Origin: Nitrospirales bacterium
Lineage (GTDB): Bacteria > Nitrospirota > Nitrospiria > Nitrospirales > UBA8639
Length of the DNA: 64,000 nucleotides
NCBI GenBank assembly: GCA_963555755.3
Contig: OY820905.2
Location: forward strand, 1,152,001-1,216,000
Direction: 5' to 3'
Made by a program: the position numbers and the translations under genes. The notes under the pieces were generated by a model, which was not told the origin of the DNA, ran no database searches, and saw only the letters and a list, made by a program, of their open reading frames with translations. Shown here one piece after another: positions 55,480 through 64,000 of this stretch (within the stretch, counting starts at the first letter, position 1; every line of letters starts with the position of its first letter).

Positions 55480-55641
55480 GGAGCCTGTCCCAGATTAGAC
55501 GGATCTACTCCGAATGCGCTGGATTTGGCCAGATGTTTCGATCCTTCTCGTTAAATAGTCCCACTATTCGCCTCAAACGATCGAACCATCTGACTCAAAC
55601 CAGCACATCCTCGTAACGATCGCTAATCTCGGACAGGCTCC
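55480..55641. repeat. Family B element (empty) overlapping the nuoH stop
   Basis: ggagcctgtcccagattag ... ctaatctcggacaggctcc. Confidence 0.88.
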
Positions 55642-56696
55642 TAATGGAAAATATAGGCCAGGATGGACGTGATCACGACATTGCCCAAGGCAATCGGCAG
55701 AAGCACCTTCCATCCGAACCGCATGAGTTGGTCATACCGAAGCCGTGGAAGGGTGGCGCGAATCCAGAAAAATAAAAAGAGGAAGAACGCCACTTTTAGC
55801 GAAAACCACATGATCCCGGTCACCCAGGCCAAATCACCAGGGGCTTGAAGAATTGGCAACGGCGCGTCCCATCCACCAAAGAAGAGAACAGTTGCCACAC
55901 ACGACACCAGAATCATGTTGGCGTATTCGGCCAAAAAGAAAAACGCAAACCGCATCCCACTGTATTCGGTAAAGAACCCAGCCACCAGCTCACTTTCGGC
56001 TTCGGGAAGATCAAACGGCACCCGGTTGGTCTCAGCAATAGAAGCAATCAGAAACACAACAAACGCAATAAACTGAGGGGCTGGAAAAGCAAACGCATAC
56101 CAATTCCAAAAACCGCCAAGTTGGTTTTCCGTAATCGTGACTAAGCTCAGGCTCCCAGACAACAACAACACGCCAACAATAGCCAATCCCACGTTTAACT
56201 CATAACTGATTAACTGGGCTGCCGCCCGGAGTCCACCCAACAAGGAATATTTACTGTTTGATGCCCACCCACCCAAAATAATTCCATACGCGCCAATAGA
56301 GGCAAAGGCCAAGATGTATAACACGCCAATGTTAATATCACTGATGACAAAGGGTTTAAATTGAACACCGAACATCTCGACATCCCAGGAGGGCCCAAAG
56401 GGAATCACGGCGAACCCAATGAGGGCCGGAACCAACACTAAAATGGGAGCCATACTAAACATAATTTTGTTGGCCCCAGCAGGAATAATGTCTTCTTTAA
56501 AGAACAACTTTAATCCATCAGCAACGGGTTGGAGGATGCCATAGGGACCCACTTCCATTGGTCCCATCCGATCCTGCATCCAACTCAGCACCTTGCGCTC
56601 CATGAGTGTGAGCACGGCAACGGTGAGCAACACCACGCCCATGACCACAGTAATTTGCGACACCGTGAGCGCCAATCTCAGAACAACTTCATTCAC
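55641..56696 (-). CDS. nuoH: NADH-quinone oxidoreductase subunit H
   Basis: ADGLKLFFKE, ETNRVPFDLPEAESELVAG. Confidence 0.95.
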   Translation of the reverse strand: MNEVVLRLALTVSQITVVMGVVLLTVAVLTLMERKVLSWMQDRMGPMEVGPYGILQPVADGLKLFFKEDIIPAGANKIMFSMAPILVLVPALIGFAVIPFGPSWDVEMFGVQFKPFVISDINIGVLYILAFASIGAYGIILGGWASNSKYSLLGGLRAAAQLISYELNVGLAIVGVLLLSGSLSLVTITENQLGGFWNWYAFAFPAPQFIAFVVFLIASIAETNRVPFDLPEAESELVAGFFTEYSGMRFAFFFLAEYANMILVSCVATVLFFGGWDAPLPILQAPGDLAWVTGIMWFSLKVAFFLFLFFWIRATLPRLRYDQLMRFGWKVLLPIALGNVVITSILAYIFH

Positions 56697-56783
56697 AGAT
56701 CATCTCCTTACAGTAGGCTGGTCATCAATTTAGGTATCAGCTACACCAACGAAAAAATCTGGTTCACGAATTGCGACGACTAA

Positions 56784-56940
56784 GGGTTCGCGCAAGAATA
56801 ACTTCCCATGTTTGGGTGCTGAGACGCCTGTCTGGCAAGGCGCGAGGACTGCGCATACTCCTCGTATGGAAAGGACGAGCAACGCCGCCAGACTGGATGG
56901 ATCGACGCCCAAACAGGGGAATTTATTTTTGCGCGAGCCC
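56784..56940. repeat. Family A element overlapping the nuoG stop
   Basis: TAA on both flanks; 157 bp. Confidence 0.9.
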
Positions 56941-59615
56941 TAAGCAACCCGATCAACACGAACCTGTGTGGTTTTCCAACACGGCACATGATTGCGTTCA
57001 TCAACTGTCACACGAAAGAGTAGACGAAGTTCGTGATCAAAATGTTCCGGGAACCATGCCACGCCAGGGGGTATCCGATCAACCAGTTTTACTGGAACGG
57101 TTACATCTCCATTCCCATTCGACAGACGCACGCTGGCTCCATCGTCCACACCAATCCGAGTCGCATTCTCAGGATTCAAACTGAGCACCCCACTGTCTTG
57201 AATCTGTGTCAGTCCTTTGGATCGCGTACTAAATTTTCCGGAATGATACATCGATTGTCCCAGGACCAGGGTCAACGCCCCGTCACGTGCTAAGATCTTT
57301 TTTGTCAACGCATATCGAACATGCACATCTTCCTTGAACCCTTCACGAAGGTACTGTTCCACCACATCAGCTTTGGCCACATAGGGTATCGACGTCGGTC
57401 CCAACAACCCATATTGGGGAATGAGGCCACGAATCTCTTTGAAGATTTCCTTGGCCTCTCCATATTCCATGGGTGAATCCATGAGCACAGACAAAGCGGA
57501 AAAGATTTCCCAATCCGGTTGGCTTTCTCCAACCGGCTCGATGGATTTGCGCACAGGTTGGACATGGCCTTCGGTATTCGTAAAGGTCCCATCTTTTTCG
57601 ACTGCCGAAGCAGCGGGCAGCACGACGTGCGCTTTCTTGGCCGTGTCCGTCATATAGAGCTCTTGACACACTATAAATTCCAGCGCATCAAGCGACTCAG
57701 ACACCTTGGCATCAGATGGCAAGGATTCAAGGGGATTTTCTCCAACAATAAACATCGCCTTAAGACTGCCCTGACGGGCTCGATCAAACATCTCCAACAT
57801 GGTGGCTCCGGGAGTCGTCGGGACACTCATGCCCCAGATTTTCGACAGTGTGGCTTGGGCCATGTCATTGTTGGCCTTCGAAGGCCCAGGAAGATACTCG
57901 GCCACAACGCCCATTTCGATGGCGCCCTGTTCATTGTTTTCTTCAGCCAAGACGCCTAAGCCGGAACCCTGGGCACCGTGGTGTCCAGAAAGAATCAACA
58001 GGTCAAGCAGATTGGTGACAATGCCTTCACCACCTATGTCTCGAAGCACTCCCTGTCCAGCAAGAACAACCAACCGTTGTGCCTGACTCAATGTTCGGGA
58101 AGCAGAATTAAACTGATCTGAAGACAATCCAACAGCTTGTTGAATCTCTTGCCATGAGATCTTTTCGACCTCGGCAATAATGGTACGCGCAAACTCAGTG
58201 GCCTTTCCTGAAGTTCGTTCATCGACCAAATTCTGCTCTACCAGTGCCTTCATCAATCCAAGCACGGCGACATCAAAGCACCCCGGGAGCACGGTCAAAT
58301 GATGAGTGGCTAAGGTCGTGATATTACTAACGGTTGAAAAAGCGGGGACCGCAGTTTCAAGCGTGATGAGCTTGGCCCCGCACTTTTTGACAGCTTGTTT
58401 GACTTTCAACCCGGTAATGGGATTCGCTTCGGTAATACTCGTACCAACTAGCAACACCACATCCGCTTCCACAATATCCTCAAACGAAACGGTCCACCGG
58501 TGAGTACCTTGCACACGTTGAAGGGCTTTAACACCATTAATATACCCATACCGCGCACTACTATCCACGTGAGGAGTTCCGACTACACCTCGCATAAATT
58601 TCTGAAATGCGTAGAGTTCCTCATTGGTGCAACGGGCCGTAATGAGCCCACCGATGGCATCAGCCCCATGAGCGGCCTTAATCTGAGAAAAATTTTCGGC
58701 GACCCGTTCCAGCGCGTCTTCCCACGTGACTTCGGCAAACGATCCATCAGCTTGTCGTATTAACGGATTCTGTAACCGATCAGGATGCACATTCGCGTGA
58801 TAGCCAAAATACCCTCGGGCACACAGATCGCCATCATTGCGACCTGCGCCCAACGTAGAATTGACTTCGATGAGATCTTCATCTTTTCGTTGCACAGTCA
58901 TCTGGCAACCATCACCGCAGAAATTACAAATGGTTTCCGACCGTTTCAGCATCCAAGGCCGGAAGTCATACATCGACAAACGGCTCGTGATCGCCCCAAC
59001 CGGGCAAATTTGAATACACCCGCCACAAAAATCACACTCGAGTTCGTTCCCGGCCCAATGAGATATTTGGGTCATGGTCCCACGACCCACTGGAGCTAAC
59101 GCCTTGGCATCCATCACTTCTTCGCAGTACCGCACACAACGCATGCATGACACGCACCGGTTCATCTGCGTTTCAATGAGTGGGCTGAGATATTCCTTGG
59201 GAAACACACGCTTGAGTTCCGTAAAACGACTTATCGTGGGCGTGTATTCGTGGGAGAAGTCCTGCAAATCGCACCGACCCCCTTGATCACAGACTGGACA
59301 ATCCAGCGGGTGATTGACTAGCAACAATTCCAGCATCGATTTCCGTGCTGACTCGACATGAGGGACGGACGAACGTACGACCATCCCGTCAGCCACTCGT
59401 GTACTACAGGAGGTCTGGAGTTTGGGAATTTTTTCGATCTCGACCAAGCACATCCGACAATTGGCATCGGGCTCAAGCTTGGGGTGATAACAGAAATGCG
59501 GAATCATCACCCCAATTTGCCGAGCGGCCTCGATGACCAGGGTGCCCTCGGGAACTTGATTGGAGATCCCGTCGATGGTGATCGCGACCATTTTTTTGGT
59601 TTCAGTCATTGCCAT
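56940..59615 (-). CDS. nuoG: NADH-quinone oxidoreductase subunit G
   Basis: IPHFCYHP, CRMCLVE, NHPLDCPVCDQGGRCDLQD; molybdopterin-fold C-terminus. Confidence 0.95.
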   Translation of the reverse strand: MAMTETKKMVAITIDGISNQVPEGTLVIEAARQIGVMIPHFCYHPKLEPDANCRMCLVEIEKIPKLQTSCSTRVADGMVVRSSVPHVESARKSMLELLLVNHPLDCPVCDQGGRCDLQDFSHEYTPTISRFTELKRVFPKEYLSPLIETQMNRCVSCMRCVRYCEEVMDAKALAPVGRGTMTQISHWAGNELECDFCGGCIQICPVGAITSRLSMYDFRPWMLKRSETICNFCGDGCQMTVQRKDEDLIEVNSTLGAGRNDGDLCARGYFGYHANVHPDRLQNPLIRQADGSFAEVTWEDALERVAENFSQIKAAHGADAIGGLITARCTNEELYAFQKFMRGVVGTPHVDSSARYGYINGVKALQRVQGTHRWTVSFEDIVEADVVLLVGTSITEANPITGLKVKQAVKKCGAKLITLETAVPAFSTVSNITTLATHHLTVLPGCFDVAVLGLMKALVEQNLVDERTSGKATEFARTIIAEVEKISWQEIQQAVGLSSDQFNSASRTLSQAQRLVVLAGQGVLRDIGGEGIVTNLLDLLILSGHHGAQGSGLGVLAEENNEQGAIEMGVVAEYLPGPSKANNDMAQATLSKIWGMSVPTTPGATMLEMFDRARQGSLKAMFIVGENPLESLPSDAKVSESLDALEFIVCQELYMTDTAKKAHVVLPAASAVEKDGTFTNTEGHVQPVRKSIEPVGESQPDWEIFSALSVLMDSPMEYGEAKEIFKEIRGLIPQYGLLGPTSIPYVAKADVVEQYLREGFKEDVHVRYALTKKILARDGALTLVLGQSMYHSGKFSTRSKGLTQIQDSGVLSLNPENATRIGVDDGASVRLSNGNGDVTVPVKLVDRIPPGVAWFPEHFDHELRLLFRVTVDERNHVPCWKTTQVRVDRVA

Positions 59616-59625
59616 TTCATAACAC

Positions 59626-60939
59626 CTAAATACTCAAAACCGGAATTTCTTTTTCTTTTCTCGTCGCACGTACCGCTTCAGCTTCTTCAATCAACGCTTC
59701 ATACTCATGACGCCAGTATTGCAACGTACTTTGGACCGGCGCAATTTCTGCATCACCAAAGGCACATACTGTACGGCCACCGATGTTTTCACAGATTTCC
59801 GTGAGCGTATCGAGGTCTTCCGGCCGTCCTTGTGTATTCTGAATTCTCTGGAGAATTTGCACGATCCAAGAACTTCCTTCCCGACAGGGCGTACACTTGC
59901 CGCAGGACTCATGGTAGAAAAACTCCATCAGCCGAAGGGCTGCCCACACCATGCTCGTGCCTTCTTCCATGACCGTTATTCCACCGGAACCCGACATGGA
60001 TCCTGCCATGGTCACGGATTCAAAATCCATTTGCACATCGATGTGTTCCGGAGTCAGAAATGGCGCTGAGGCTCCTCCTGGAATAAATGCTTTCAGAGGC
60101 TTATCCGATCGCATCCCTCCACCTATGTCAAAAATTAAATCCCGGAAGGTGGCATTCATCGGCAATTCAAAATTTCCGGGATTCTTGACATGCCCGCTGA
60201 GACAAAAGACACGAGTCCCCGTGCTTTTGGGTGGCGCACCGATTGCCGCAAACCATTCAGGACCACGATTCACAATATGGGGGATATTCGCCAAGGTCTC
60301 TACATTATTCACCACTGTTGGTTTTTGGTAGAGACCATGCGTGGCAGGGAACGGCGGTTTAATTCGCGGTTTGCCCCGCTTGCCTTCCAACGATTCAAGC
60401 AACGCGGTTTCCTCCCCACAAATATACGCTCCGGCTCCGGCATGAACATACATATTAATGGTCACCCCACTCCCATGAATATTCGAACCCAAATGCCCGG
60501 CTTGCTTGGCCTCTTCGATGGCGCGTTCTAAGATTTGGGCGCCTACTCGGAATTCGCCTCGTATATAGATATAACTCGTTTCCGCTCCGATGGCGTAACA
60601 CGTAATCGCCATCCCTTCCAACATCTGATGAGGATCGCGTTCCATGAGCTGTCGATCTTTAAATGTCCCCGGCTCACTTTCGTCTGCGTTACAGCACAGG
60701 TACTTCGGCCCCTGGTAATCTTTTGGAAGGAAACTCCACTTCACGCCTGTAGGAAACCCCGCGCCTCCCCGACCACGAAGACCAGATTTTTTGACCATCT
60801 CGACGATGTCGTTCTGCGGAACCCCGGCTAACACCTTCCGAAGAGCCTGATACCCTCCAGTCGCTTCATAGTCTTGAAGCGAACCGGTATACGCGGGGTT
60901 ACTCATATTTTTTGTTAAGATTTTTTCAAACGGTTCCAT
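59626..60939 (-). CDS. nuoF: NADH-quinone oxidoreductase subunit F
   Basis: GRGGAGFPTG, GAGAYICGEETAL, ESCGKCTPCREG. Confidence 0.97.
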   Translation of the reverse strand: MEPFEKILTKNMSNPAYTGSLQDYEATGGYQALRKVLAGVPQNDIVEMVKKSGLRGRGGAGFPTGVKWSFLPKDYQGPKYLCCNADESEPGTFKDRQLMERDPHQMLEGMAITCYAIGAETSYIYIRGEFRVGAQILERAIEEAKQAGHLGSNIHGSGVTINMYVHAGAGAYICGEETALLESLEGKRGKPRIKPPFPATHGLYQKPTVVNNVETLANIPHIVNRGPEWFAAIGAPPKSTGTRVFCLSGHVKNPGNFELPMNATFRDLIFDIGGGMRSDKPLKAFIPGGASAPFLTPEHIDVQMDFESVTMAGSMSGSGGITVMEEGTSMVWAALRLMEFFYHESCGKCTPCREGSSWIVQILQRIQNTQGRPEDLDTLTEICENIGGRTVCAFGDAEIAPVQSTLQYWRHEYEALIEEAEAVRATRKEKEIPVLSI

Positions 60940-60960
60940 AGCAAATGTCTCTCTTCAGCT

Positions 60961-61100
60961 GTAACTGCTCAGGTTGCCCCTATTTTGCCTCAGGACAAGG
61001 CGCGAGGAGCGGAAAACCGGAGCGTATATGAGATACGTGAGGATTTGAGCACCACAGCAACGCCGTCCTGGGGTAAAAGGGGGGTGACATGAGTAGTTAC
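60961..61100. repeat. Hairpin element family E, 140 bp
   Basis: TIR gtaactgctca / tgagtagttac; interior closely matches the family D core. Confidence 0.8.
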
Positions 61101-61107
61101 CTTCAGA

Positions 61108-61626
61108 TTACCGTGGTTCGGGCACCATATACGGTCCGCTTTTCAACGCACAATCACCGGTTCGTTTTAAATCCTCTAAGATCTGGCCGACTGTTTCTTC
61201 CGTTAAGCGCTCGTAGTACTCATCGTTGATTTGCATCATAGGGCCTGTGCCACATGACCCCAGGCACTCAACAACACTGAGCGTGAAAAATTTATCCGAT
61301 GTTGTTTGGCCAACGGCAATGCCAAGGTGCTTTTGCAGCCACTCGATCAAATTATCCGCCCGAACCAATGCGCACATTAAAGACCGGCACACCTGGATGT
61401 GAAACTTTCCAATGGGCTTGAGACTCAACATCGTATAAAACGTCGCCGTCTCAAAAACCTGAGGAGGAGTCAGGTCTAAAATCCTAGCGATTTCTTTCAT
61501 CGCCGATTGACTCACGTACCCTTCTTCTTTTTGAGCCAAATTCAACAAAGGAAGCAATACCGACCGCTTAATTGGATATCGGCTTAGGAGATCATCAATG
61601 TGGTCTTTATATTTTTCTAACAGCAT
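61108..61626 (-). CDS. nuoE: NADH-quinone oxidoreductase subunit E
   Basis: ATFYTM, VCRSLMC, ECLGSC. Confidence 0.95.
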   Translation of the reverse strand: MLLEKYKDHIDDLLSRYPIKRSVLLPLLNLAQKEEGYVSQSAMKEIARILDLTPPQVFETATFYTMLSLKPIGKFHIQVCRSLMCALVRADNLIEWLQKHLGIAVGQTTSDKFFTLSVVECLGSCGTGPMMQINDEYYERLTEETVGQILEDLKRTGDCALKSGPYMVPEPR

Positions 61627-61637
61627 GATGTCTTTTT

Positions 61638-61712
61638 CGTGATGCGTAATCCGTGATGCGTGATCCGTAGAGAATTTTTTTTCGCTTTACGCTTTACGCA
61701 TAACGCGTCACG
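61638..61712. repeat. Inverted 7-mer tandem repeats
   Basis: (cgtRatS)x4 ... (cgcttta/cgcataa)x4. Confidence 0.7.
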
Positions 61713-61716
61713 TTCC

Positions 61717-63468
61717 TCACCGGTCACATTCACCCATGACAATATCGTACGTGCCAAAAATTGTAATAATATCCGAGATCAAATACCCGCGCGCCATAAA
61801 ATCAAACGCGCCCATATGCACAAAGGATGGTGAGCGAATTTTCAGTCGATAGGGTCTTGGTCCTCCATCGCTAATCAAGAAAAATCCCAATTCTCCTTTG
61901 GGCACCTCCGTCCCACAATAGGTCTCACCTTTAGGTGGCTTGAATCCTTGAGTGAAAATGATGAAATGATGGATCAAGCTTTCCATATCTTGCATGACTT
62001 TAGGCTTAGGGGGAGGAATCACTTGCGGGAGATCCGCTATAATCGGGCCCTCCGGCATTTGCTCCAGACATTGCTCAACAATCCGAGCACTTTGCCGCAT
62101 TTCTTCCACCCGAATCCAGTACCGATCGTAGGTGTCTCCATCCTTGCCAACCGGCACATCCCATTCAACTCGATCATACGCACCATAGGGCTCGAGTTTC
62201 CGTATATCGTACGCGACTCCTGATCCACGTAACGTAGGACCGGTCAGCCCAAAATTAATCGCGTCTTCGCCAGAAATCACCGCCACACCTTTTGTTCGAG
62301 ACAGCCAAATACGGTTTGTCTTAAGAAGAATATCGTATTCCTTCAGATGCTCGGGAAACGTTCGCAGAAATTCTTTGAGCGTGGCGATGAGTTCCGGGGT
62401 CAAATCGCTATCCACTCCGCCAATTCGATAATAATTCAACGTCAAACGTGCGCCACAAAGATTTTCAAAGAAATCCAACAACACTTCCCGTTCCCGAAAC
62501 GTCCAAAAAAACACGGTCATAGCGCCGATATCCAAGGACTGGGTGCCCAACCAAAACAAATGGCCGATAATGCGTTGGATTTCCGCAATAATCGTTCGCA
62601 CATATTCCGCTCGCTCGGGTATCGTCACACCAACCAGCTTCTCCACGGCACGCACGTACGCATAGTTATTGGTCATGGCACACGTATAGTCCAAACGATC
62701 GGTATGCGGAATCACCTGCATGTAGTGGAGGCCCTCACACAGCTTCTCGACACCACGGTGCAAATAACCCAAATCCGGAATGGCCTTGATCACCCGCTCG
62801 CCATCAAGTTCCAGCACAACCCGCAACACACCATGCGTGCTCGGATGTTGGGGGCCCATATTGAGCAGCATTTCTGTTTTACGTTTCCCACTTCCCGGTG
62901 TATCTCCGGCCATGAACACATGCCGCTGATCATCGGGGATGTCGTCTTCGGTCCAGACACTGACCGGTTCGTCCAAGCGAGGCAAAAAATCAAAACGGCT
63001 CCGCCAACCCTTACCCTCAGTCGGAAAATCTTTTCGTAGGGGATGACCTTCATCATAGTCCTCCGGCAGAAGGATTCGCCGAAGATCGGGATGCCCATCA
63101 AAACGAATGCCCATGAGATCGAACACTTCGCGTTCAAGAAAATTAGCCCCTTGCCAAATCGAGGTCACGGTACCAATCGTGGGGTCATCTTCAGTCACAC
63201 GCGCTTTCAGGCGGATGCGAGTACAATGTGGAAGCGACAGAAATTGGTAAATCACCTCGAAGCGATCGGAATCATCGGGGTAATCGACGGAACAGATATC
63301 CGTGATATGATCAAAAGCCATACCCGGATCATCATGCAGAAAACGCGCAACATCCACCAGATCCTTCGCGCGAATCTTGGCAGACAACTCCCCTCGATGT
63401 TCATCTTCGGTAACCGAGAGGACTGCTGAGGGAAACCGTTCTTGTAATGTTTCGAGTACGCGATGCAT
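61717..63468 (-). CDS. nuoCD: Fused NADH-quinone oxidoreductase subunit C/D
   Basis: GHPDLRRIL...GHPLRKDFP then [14 protein letters not shown]...GECDR. Confidence 0.95.
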   Translation of the reverse strand: MHRVLETLQERFPSAVLSVTEDEHRGELSAKIRAKDLVDVARFLHDDPGMAFDHITDICSVDYPDDSDRFEVIYQFLSLPHCTRIRLKARVTEDDPTIGTVTSIWQGANFLEREVFDLMGIRFDGHPDLRRILLPEDYDEGHPLRKDFPTEGKGWRSRFDFLPRLDEPVSVWTEDDIPDDQRHVFMAGDTPGSGKRKTEMLLNMGPQHPSTHGVLRVVLELDGERVIKAIPDLGYLHRGVEKLCEGLHYMQVIPHTDRLDYTCAMTNNYAYVRAVEKLVGVTIPERAEYVRTIIAEIQRIIGHLFWLGTQSLDIGAMTVFFWTFREREVLLDFFENLCGARLTLNYYRIGGVDSDLTPELIATLKEFLRTFPEHLKEYDILLKTNRIWLSRTKGVAVISGEDAINFGLTGPTLRGSGVAYDIRKLEPYGAYDRVEWDVPVGKDGDTYDRYWIRVEEMRQSARIVEQCLEQMPEGPIIADLPQVIPPPKPKVMQDMESLIHHFIIFTQGFKPPKGETYCGTEVPKGELGFFLISDGGPRPYRLKIRSPSFVHMGAFDFMARGYLISDIITIFGTYDIVMGECDR

Positions 63469-63473
63469 AAAAT

Positions 63474-63560
63474 CGTGATCCGTAATGCGTAATGCGTGAA
63501 GCGTAAGATGATGACCCGTCTGTTTCTTTACGGATCACGCATCACGGTTCACGAATCACG
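63474..63560. repeat. Inverted 7-mer tandem repeats
   Basis: cgtgatc cgtaatg cgtaatg cgtgaag cgtaa ... ttacg gatcacg catcacg gttcacg aatcacg. Confidence 0.75.
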
Positions 63561-63567
63561 TCTTCAT

Positions 63568-64000
63568 TTATTTCACGAAAACTTTTTCCTTTTGAATCTT
63601 CTCTTGCAGCTTGATCAGCCCATCTAGCAACGCTTCTGGCCGCGGAGGGCAACCCGCAATATAGATATCGACCGGAACAATCTGATCCACCCCCTGCACC
63701 ACACTATAACTATTGTAGTGATTCCCCGAGGTCGCACAGGACCCCATGGAAATGACATAGCGCGGTTCGGACATTTGATCATAAATACGACGAATGACGG
63801 GCGCCATTTTTCGACACACAGTCCCAGCGACAATCATGACATCTGATTGTCGCGGCGAAGCTCGAAACACGCCTGCCCCAAAACGGTCGATGTCATACCG
63901 AGAAGACGCCGTCGCGATCATTTCAATGGCACAACACGCTAATCCAAAGGTCATGGGCCACAAGGCCGACTTCCGACACCAACTCACCAGATAGTCAAGA
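63568..64000 (-). CDS. nuoB: NADH-quinone oxidoreductase subunit B (5' end outside window)
   Basis: [26 protein letters not shown]. Confidence 0.95.
   Translation of the reverse strand, partial: LDYLVSWCRKSALWPMTFGLACCAIEMIATASSRYDIDRFGAGVFRASPRQSDVMIVAGTVCRKMAPVIRRIYDQMSEPRYVISMGSCATSGNHYNSYSVVQGVDQIVPVDIYIAGCPPRPEALLDGLIKLQEKIQKEKVFVK

Overview
A bacterial chromosomal segment of about 50% GC (estimated by eye). Gene content and order suggest Nitrospirota/Nitrospirales, but this is inference and was not checked. The housekeeping backbone includes acs, ribE, recO-mgtE-era, ftsB-eno, gatC-panD-gatA-gatB and a nuoB-N complex I operon with fused nuoCD. Three full IS elements are delimited by their ends: an IS1595, a frameshifting ISAs1 with a DUF4338-like N-terminal extension, and an IS110. 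In the IS110, a circle-junction promoter and a bridge RNA with target and donor guide loops can be read directly from the sequence, and its target is a REP hairpin. Other notable structure: (1) at least six families of 120-190 bp hairpin elements with unrelated termini but a shared internal motif, nested in each other and often placed at stop codons; (2) cargo genes inserted behind core genes (acs, nuoN) and followed by an orphan, purely synonymous copy of that gene's 3' end; (3) a decaying attC cassette array without an integrase, rich in toxin-antitoxin modules; (4) a Ski2/HelY-like helicase split into two genes in reversed order. No CRISPR array, tRNA or rRNA was recognised. All alignments and folds were done by eye.
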